Positions 26,294 to 32,000 of a stretch of 32,000 bases of DNA are shown here, one piece after another. The stretch spans positions 4,530,001 through 4,562,000 of the forward strand of contig NC_010296.1 in assembly GCF_000010625.1 (NCBI RefSeq), written 5' to 3'. Numbering within the stretch: position 1 is the first letter of the stretch; every line of letters begins with the position of its first letter. The translations under genes were made by a program, and so were the position numbers. Source of the stretch: Microcystis aeruginosa NIES-843 (GTDB taxonomy: Bacteria > Cyanobacteriota > Cyanobacteriia > Cyanobacteriales > Microcystaceae). The notes beneath the pieces were generated by a model, which was not told the origin of the DNA, searched no databases, and saw nothing but the letters and a program-made list of their open reading frames with translations.

Positions 26294-26503
26294 TTCTGTT
26301 ATTCTTCGCTGTGATTTCCTAGAAAACTGAGGTTCAAGAAGCGTAACCCACCATCCTTTTTTTGTGTATGTCCCCAGCAATGACGACTGTTTTCAGTTTG
26401 TTACTCTCAAGCGCCAATGAAATATTTACCGTCCGCTCTTTGGTGAAAGTTGAATAAGTTAAAATCAAAGAGAATATCCCTATCGCTACAATCTCAACTA
26501 TCG

Positions 26504-27002
26504 ATGAATCTCCTGAAAGATAGTAAAAAAATTCGTTTTATTGACCTCTTTTGTGGTTTGGGAGGGTTTCGAGTCGCAATTGAACGAGTTTGTCGCCAAA
26601 AAAACTTAGAATCTGATTGTGTTTTTTCCTGTGATATAGATAAAGACGCTCGGGCAATTTATCACGCTAATTTTGGCGACCAACCCCAGGGAGATATTAC
26701 CGAAATCGCCGCCCTAGATATTCCCAATCACGATATTTTAATGGCGGGATTTCCCTGTCAACCCTTTAGTATTTGTGGTGATTTAAAGGGGTTTGAAGAT
26801 ACCAGAGGCACGCTATTTTTTGAGATTGCCCGCATTTTAAAAGCCAAACAACCCGCAGCATTTATTCCGGAAAATGTCAAGCAATTGCAGGGACATCAAC
26901 AGGGAAAAACCTTAGAAGTTATTCTCGATACTTTGCAAGATTTAGTATTACCATACCGATTATCGGGTTTTGAATGCGCTTAATTTTGGTTTACCGCAAA
27001 AA
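26504..27002 (+). pseudogene. Cytosine-5 DNA methyltransferase, frameshifted and 3'-truncated
   Basis: Motif I is FIDLFCGLGGF, motif IV is GFPCQPFS, and motif VI is IPENVKQL. The frame then shifts at about 26945 (…LQDL / YYHTDYRVLNALNFGLPQK continues in frame 3). Homology stops at about 27002 before the Q-x-R-x-R arginines. The TRD and motifs IX-X are absent. The end overlaps the last codons of the convergent pentapeptide gene. Confidence 0.85.
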
Positions 27003-27428
27003 ACGGAATCCATCAGGCCATTGGGTTTGAGCATTATAAATAATATCCGTGAGGATGGTATTTTGGAGATTAGCCAGACGCAAATCGGCGCTGCTTAAAT
27101 CCGCTTGTTGCAAATTGGTTCCTAACAAACTAGCTTGACGGAGAATTGCACCGCTAAGATTGCATTGACTAAGATTGGCAGTGCCGAGGTTGGCCCCACT
27201 AAGGTTAGCTTGACTAAAGTTCGCTTTTGCCGCTTGCACAGACCACAAAATCGCCTTGCTTAAATTGGCACCCCGGAAGTTAACTGATTCTAGATTGGCA
27301 TAGCTAAAGTCAAATTCACTGAGATTCAGACCAGATAAATCCAAACCTTGTAAATTTTCACCGTTTAAGCCGATCTTTAAGCCATTGTTGATCGCGCTCT
27401 CCAGTTGTTGACGGGTGACGCTAGACAT
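26991..27428 (-). CDS. Pentapeptide-repeat protein
   Basis: 145 aa. Consists of continuous A(D/N)LxX pentads (…ANLSKAILWSVQAAKANFSQANLSGANLGTANLSQCNLSGAIL…). Confidence 0.9.
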   Translation of the reverse strand: MSSVTRQQLESAINNGLKIGLNGENLQGLDLSGLNLSEFDFSYANLESVNFRGANLSKAILWSVQAAKANFSQANLSGANLGTANLSQCNLSGAILRQASLLGTNLQQADLSSADLRLANLQNTILTDIIYNAQTQWPDGFRFLR

Positions 27429-27440
27429 TGTGTAGCCAGG

Positions 27441-27487
27441 AAAAAGTAAAAAAGCCTGTCAAGACGGGGAGCTTGCCCGTCTTGACA
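27441..27487 (-). terminator. Rho-independent terminator after the 561-aa gene
   Basis: On the minus strand: TGTCAAGACGGG-CAAGCT-CCCCGTCTTGACA followed by GGCTTTTTTACTTTTT. This is a 12-13 bp GC-rich stem with a T-run, 26 nt downstream of the stop codon. Confidence 0.85.
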
Positions 27488-27512
27488 TGATTAAAACTGG
27501 ATTCGATCGCAG

Positions 27513-29198
27513 TTAACCAAACAAGGGTACAGTAACCCAATAACGTTTACGATAACCATTGCCAAAGTTAACTTCGATCGCTTTGCGGGCGATCAAAATC
27601 GCCTCATCGCCGTCAATATCGTAGCCAATCTCGGTGGAATTGGGTACAGTGGTGAATTCTAGAGGCATTCCAGCGCCACCGCGAGCAGACAGGGAAGCCA
27701 ATTGTCGGCTAAACTCTGCCGCTAGTAACTGCTCATAGTTGCTAGGTTCGGGTGCTAAGACAGGAGCGATATCACCCTGGGGAGGCGGCGCACTGGCAGA
27801 GCGTACAGGACGACTACTTAACTGTTCGAGCGAGCGGACTGATGAATGCACATCGGTGACAGTACCATCATTATCCAGGGCAATTCGCACCGTACCTGCC
27901 CCCGGGGTAATCACTGGGACACCATTAATCAACTGTCGGAATTGGACAATCACACCAGTAGTAAACGGTCCGTCCAATTGTCCCGAACCGTTAGCCGTAC
28001 CGCCGGCTTCGGAAGATAAGATAATTCGATCGAACACCACTGGGACTTCTTGGTCAAGACCGTAACGCCAGACTGCCTCCTGGGCTAAGGTTTGGGCGCT
28101 GTCCATAGCCAAAGGGTTGTAATTATAACGGTTAGGAGTTGCCAAACGAACATCAATTGACCCATCACTACCGTAGGCGATGCTTTGTTCCCCCGTCACC
28201 ACGCGATAGGAGCCATTTCTGGTACTACCAACTTCTGACGGGATTTCCAGGTCAAGACCAAATCGTGCCGCTAGGCTGCGGGCAGCGGGTCGAGTAGCGT
28301 CTAGGGGTTGCAAACGACCGACGAGGAGATGCTGGGGTAAGACCAGTTGTGGTTGGCTACTGCGAGCCACATTGTACCATCGCCACCAATACCAAGCATT
28401 ACTGACCCGTTCGCGAGAAAAATAGCGTTCATTAAAGAGACGATTTTTCGCCTCATCGGCACTGGCACCACAGGCCACCACCGAGGGGGCCTGGTCGTGG
28501 GCAATGCGCCAACTAGCATCTAACCAAGCGGTACTTAAAGGCTTATTCTTGTTCCATTCTTCCCAGAAAAATTTACCGTAATTGGGATTATCCCAACTAA
28601 CAGTTTCATAGCCGAAGAGCATTCGCCAACCGCGATTACTAGGATGCCAAGTGCGAATCGGGTTGTGACCGCCCAGAACCCGCAGGGAAAGACAGGTAGA
28701 CAGAAAAATGTATCTGACCCGCTCGTTAGCCCAAACTAACTTATCACTGCTAGAGACGATCGTACAACCTTCGTTACCCCACGGTTTGCTCATCGGTAGA
28801 TAAAACACGCCATTGGCATCCATCCCGCCATGACCAGAGTGATAGAAGGCCATGACCGCATCTACCCCGTAGGTATCTTGCCAATCATCGTAGGGTTCGT
28901 AGTAAAGCCAGGGTTGTACGCCACAATCCTGATACCAAAAGTTTAAGGGGGTAAACTTTTTCACATAGTCTAACCAGCCTTGGGCATCTTCATGGGTATA
29001 GCGCAGGGTGCCAAAGGAGCAACCACAGCCCACTTCAATACTACAGCCGCCATAGAGATTCGCTCCGCCACGCAGGCCATCTTTGCTATCCTGACCGAGG
29101 GGGTTTTCGGCAAAGAGAGGAACGGCGGGAATTTCTGGTGTTTCGGACTTAGGAACGTTAGCTGCGGGGGGAATTTGAGTCGGTTGTGTTAATGTCAT
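27513..29198 (-). CDS. Large uncharacterised protein with a clan-CD (caspase/gingipain-fold)-like His/Cys dyad region and repeated C-terminal modules
   Basis: 561 aa, with a GAGGAA RBS 6 nt upstream. It has VMAFYHSGHGG (His123) and VRYIFLSTCLS (Cys169), each after a hydrophobic strand, then MLFGYETVSWD. No N-terminal hydrophobic signal was seen. The fold assignment is an inference from this motif pattern. Confidence 0.8.
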   Translation of the reverse strand: MTLTQPTQIPPAANVPKSETPEIPAVPLFAENPLGQDSKDGLRGGANLYGGCSIEVGCGCSFGTLRYTHEDAQGWLDYVKKFTPLNFWYQDCGVQPWLYYEPYDDWQDTYGVDAVMAFYHSGHGGMDANGVFYLPMSKPWGNEGCTIVSSSDKLVWANERVRYIFLSTCLSLRVLGGHNPIRTWHPSNRGWRMLFGYETVSWDNPNYGKFFWEEWNKNKPLSTAWLDASWRIAHDQAPSVVACGASADEAKNRLFNERYFSRERVSNAWYWWRWYNVARSSQPQLVLPQHLLVGRLQPLDATRPAARSLAARFGLDLEIPSEVGSTRNGSYRVVTGEQSIAYGSDGSIDVRLATPNRYNYNPLAMDSAQTLAQEAVWRYGLDQEVPVVFDRIILSSEAGGTANGSGQLDGPFTTGVIVQFRQLINGVPVITPGAGTVRIALDNDGTVTDVHSSVRSLEQLSSRPVRSASAPPPQGDIAPVLAPEPSNYEQLLAAEFSRQLASLSARGGAGMPLEFTTVPNSTEIGYDIDGDEAILIARKAIEVNFGNGYRKRYWVTVPLFG

Positions 29199-29229
29199 GG
29201 TATTTTCCTCGTTAAATCTTGAAAAAGTT

Positions 29230-30957
29230 TTAAAAAACGTAAATTTCCTGAATCACGTTGTTTTCTAGACGCAGATTGACGGGAAATTTTCTTTCCTTAG
29301 CGGCGGACAGTAGGGCAAGCATCCCCAAGAAAACACTGTCACTCTCGCTGGCAATCTTGCGCCAGCCGAGGCCGTCCACATAGGCGGCCGCATTGCGTTC
29401 TTGGTTAATCATCCACAAACCGGTAATCTGCTTTTTCTCTAGCCAAGCACTGCCTGGAACAGTGAAGGTCATCGTGGCAGCAACGGCAGAAATCTGGGCG
29501 ATTTTTAGGCCAGAGTTGCTACCATCCCACCATTTGCCAGCAGGACTGGTGCTATCGGAAAACTCGGTTTTATAGGAGGCTCGAAATAGGTCGGCGTTAT
29601 CACCAGCATTCACGTCTTTTTCCAAATCGAAGCGATTATCGGCCTGTTCTAAGGAACATTCGTAGTGTTGGCTAGGAGTCATCTGTTCCTCCTCGTTACC
29701 ATTCTTCTGTTCGTCCACGTGCCAGATGGCTAGGCCTGCATCGGGGAGGAATGTATCCCGGCCAGTTTTCTGCCGGTTTTCGATCAGGAAATACTCGTTA
29801 GCGTTCTTACTGTAGAGGTAAAACTCATTCTTGGCCGCAGGAAGACTGGCGGTAAGACCTGGAGTTATCGCTGTCACTTTGCTGGCCCAACCGGCTTCAT
29901 TTTTGAGATAGGCACAAACTTGTACGGGATTTTTATCATTGCCTCCGTAACACATCAGACAATAATTACCCACTCCTGCCGATTGACCGCCATAATCGTA
30001 GAGATCGGGAAAATCGCAAATCATGTGACCATTTTCATGACAGAAGGTACGCAAGGTCAGTTCACTACCCATATTGGTGATTTGGTAGTCGTATAACTTC
30101 TTGCCCCCCCCGACATCGTAGGGTGAAGCTAAACTCCAGGAATGAGGCCATAGTCCTTCGGCCCAATTGTTGACCCGCGGCCCGACATAGAAGACATTTA
30201 AGGCATAAATTAAGCCGTTACTATCACTACTCAACTGACTAAAGTTAAAGCCTTGGGATTTCAAATAATTGAGGGCTTCTAGAATCAGTTCTCGGGCGCG
30301 AGTACCATAGTCGATCGCTGGATCGGTATAATAGGAGCGATTATGGGCGGCGGTGTAATATTGGGTGACAACATTGGTATAGGTTAATTTTCCCTGGGAG
30401 TTGTCGTAGAAATAATCCCGTACTGACCCTTTATTGCCAAATCCGGCGTAACCAGGTAGGTTACAGAAGTTGCTGACTTCCTGTTGGGAAATGCTGGCGG
30501 CAACGTCGGGAAACTTAATCAAGATACATAATCCCAGATAGTTGCCCACAGTTACTGTTGAAGCTGGTCTGGCATCAGCACTGGTCGTCGCACTGATTCC
30601 CTGCAGCTGAGTTTTTTTTTGCTGACGACGGACTCGCCATTGACTGAACCCTTCCTGTAGCATCGGTGCGCTCTGAGCTTGTTGTTTGGCACTCTCGGTC
30701 TCGATGCTTAGATGGGGCTGGATGCCGAGGCTTTGGGGTGCTACTTGGCCGACTATCCCATCGGTGGCTATCAGTTGGCTTTTGTCTTCGGAAAGCTGGG
30801 CGTAGGTGTAAAAACCATTGTCAGGGTTTTTGACCACGGTATAGCCATCTAGGGTTTCAAAAACAGCATAATACTGGTTTCCCGATCCCCTGACCCGGAT
30901 AGTGCTGCCGTCGGGATTGGTGAAGGTAAATTCCTCATTCACAAAGGGTGTAGGCAT
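29230..30957 (-). CDS. M6-like (immune inhibitor A-type) zinc metalloprotease-domain protein
   Basis: Contains HENGHMICDFPDLYDYG (HExxH at 30025-30039, followed by PDxYD as in the M6 family). The N-terminus is FTFTNPDGSTIRVRGSGNQYYAVFETLDGYTVV. The ATG at 30957 has AAGGAG 10 nt upstream, whereas the track's TTG at 30978 lies within that RBS region. No signal peptide was seen. A 31-nt gap separates it from the next gene. Confidence 0.85.
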   Translation of the reverse strand: MPTPFVNEEFTFTNPDGSTIRVRGSGNQYYAVFETLDGYTVVKNPDNGFYTYAQLSEDKSQLIATDGIVGQVAPQSLGIQPHLSIETESAKQQAQSAPMLQEGFSQWRVRRQQKKTQLQGISATTSADARPASTVTVGNYLGLCILIKFPDVAASISQQEVSNFCNLPGYAGFGNKGSVRDYFYDNSQGKLTYTNVVTQYYTAAHNRSYYTDPAIDYGTRARELILEALNYLKSQGFNFSQLSSDSNGLIYALNVFYVGPRVNNWAEGLWPHSWSLASPYDVGGGKKLYDYQITNMGSELTLRTFCHENGHMICDFPDLYDYGGQSAGVGNYCLMCYGGNDKNPVQVCAYLKNEAGWASKVTAITPGLTASLPAAKNEFYLYSKNANEYFLIENRQKTGRDTFLPDAGLAIWHVDEQKNGNEEEQMTPSQHYECSLEQADNRFDLEKDVNAGDNADLFRASYKTEFSDSTSPAGKWWDGSNSGLKIAQISAVAATMTFTVPGSAWLEKKQITGLWMINQERNAAAYVDGLGWRKIASESDSVFLGMLALLSAAKERKFPVNLRLENNVIQEIYVF

Positions 30958-31095
30958 AGATTTGATTCTCCTTGCCAAAGAAATTTTGGCTTTCTCGATG
31001 AGAAGCTCTGTTCAAGAACTAAGTACAGGACAATGCACAATTTCAATAATCATCAAATTTTTCTGGGTTAACAATACGATGATCCGCGTAGGGAA

Positions 31096-31776
31096 TTATG
31101 AAGATATCGCAGCAATCTGCCCTTTCAGTAGCCCCAACTTTTCGAGGGCAACTATAACCGCTGCCGTCCGAGTTTGTACCCCTAGTTTCCCGTGAATATG
31201 TTCTAGATGTTTTCGCACGGTTCCTTCGCTACATCCGATCACTTTTGCTATGGCGGCATTACTTTTATCTTGGGCAATCCAAAATAGCACTTCTGCTTCC
31301 CTTTTAGTCAGTCCCAACAATTCTAAGGCCGCAATCGAAAAAGAGGGCAGTTCTTGTTCTTCTAAGATTAGGAGAAACTGTTCTCCGATAAGAGTGGGAA
31401 TCAGAAAAATGATTAACTGTCGTCCCTCTTGTTCTAGGCGTAAGGGTGAACAGGAAAAGGCTTGCTCATCCTTGGCTAAGAGTCGGGCAATCGGATGTTT
31501 AAACCACTTTTGCAAGGGTTCTGGTAAGGTGTTCGGGGTATGGGAGAGGGAATACTGGTACAGCAATTGTTCAGATCGTTCCGTAAGCATTTGCACGCTT
31601 CCAGCTATATCCATGACTATTAAACCTATCTGCTGGCAAAATTGGGGTAATCGTGGCTTTATTGCTTTTATTTGATTATATTTGTCCTTATTGTTTTCTG
31701 GCTCTCTCTCTGGGCTAGATAGCAAAGCTGCGAGACAGCGATCGCAACTTACCGAGAGCTTTGGCATCAATCCCAT
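31096..31776 (-). CDS. LuxR/GerE-family HTH transcriptional regulator with an uncharacterised N-terminal domain
   Basis: The C-terminus is LTKREAEVLFWIAQDKSNAAIAKVIGCSEGTVRKHLEHIHGKLGV. The ATG at 31776 has GGAG 6 nt upstream. A GTG at 31788 is an alternative start. Confidence 0.85.
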   Translation of the reverse strand: MGLMPKLSVSCDRCLAALLSSPEREPENNKDKYNQIKAIKPRLPQFCQQIGLIVMDIAGSVQMLTERSEQLLYQYSLSHTPNTLPEPLQKWFKHPIARLLAKDEQAFSCSPLRLEQEGRQLIIFLIPTLIGEQFLLILEEQELPSFSIAALELLGLTKREAEVLFWIAQDKSNAAIAKVIGCSEGTVRKHLEHIHGKLGVQTRTAAVIVALEKLGLLKGQIAAISS

Positions 31777-32000
31777 AAATTTCTCCACTATTCAAATAAT
31801 TATCACAAAATCCATCTTTCTGCCCTAGTGGTGACGCTCTTATCTCAAGGCCTAGTGCTTGCTCAGAATATCTGTACTTTTAGAAAGCAGCAAATAGGCA
31901 ACAGAAAATTAGGAAACAAACAAGAAAATATCTATGTCATCAACATCGGTCGCAGTGACAGAATTCCTGAAAACAGCCCCCTGTTAACTATAATTTCCTT

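Noticed and set aside
21900-26300. Integron-like cassette array, suggested by many small same-strand ORFs rich in TA genes.
   Set aside because: No integrase gene is present. The intergenic spacers do not show the attC architecture (R''/L''…L'/R' with a GTTRRRY core). The recurring elements are a different palindromic repeat and a leader sequence.
27739-31675. Overlapping or antisense ORFs in the protease and LuxR genes (27739-28065, 28301-28519, 28980-29192, 29393-29575, 30902-31195, 31250-31675).
   Set aside because: They are embedded in, or opposite, long ORFs with clear catalytic or HTH motifs, with Pro/Gly/Ser-rich shadow-frame composition.

Overview
This window looks like cyanobacterial chromosomal DNA. 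The evidence is frequent HIP1 GCGATCGC palindromes, heptameric STRR-type tandem tracts and a heavy MITE/IS load. The style fits a Microcystis-like genome, but that is an inference and was not searched. All family names below come from motif recognition by eye. No database search or structure prediction was run.

The window has three parts.

(1) 1-16.9 kb is mostly housekeeping.
- A 5'-truncated Hsp70-like ORF.
- A MITE-split IMS-domain pseudogene.
- A minus-strand dnaK-dnaJ-tusA-like-rsgA chaperone cluster with repeat elements in its spacers.
- A Zn-dependent alcohol dehydrogenase and a Uma2-type endonuclease.
- Two small or conserved hypothetical genes.
- nnr, whose 3' end runs into a 117-bp tandem repeat array that is itself split by an IS50-like IS4-family element.
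- lysC.

(2) 16.9-27.0 kb is a decayed accessory, defence-type island.
- An NB-ARC (STAND/NLR-like) gene. It carries an in-frame TGA and is truncated by an IS1-family element, which in turn carries a nested IS1634-family element.
- A third MITE copy.
- A unidirectional array of about 15 small ORFs dominated by toxin-antitoxin-type pairs: DUF433/DUF5615, DUF4258/DUF2283, antitoxin/RelE-ParE, small helical protein/HicB, and PIN plus a downstream partner. Gene remnants and duplicated junction sequences lie between them.
- A frameshifted and truncated cytosine-5 DNA methyltransferase.

(3) 27.0-32.0 kb lies on the minus strand.
- A pentapeptide-repeat gene.
- A LuxR-type regulator upstream of an operon-like pair. 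The pair is an M6-like HExxH metalloprotease and a 561-aa protein with a clan-CD (caspase/gingipain)-like His/Cys dyad. Neither shows an obvious signal peptide.

This protease pair and the recombining TA array are the best candidates for uncharacterised biology.
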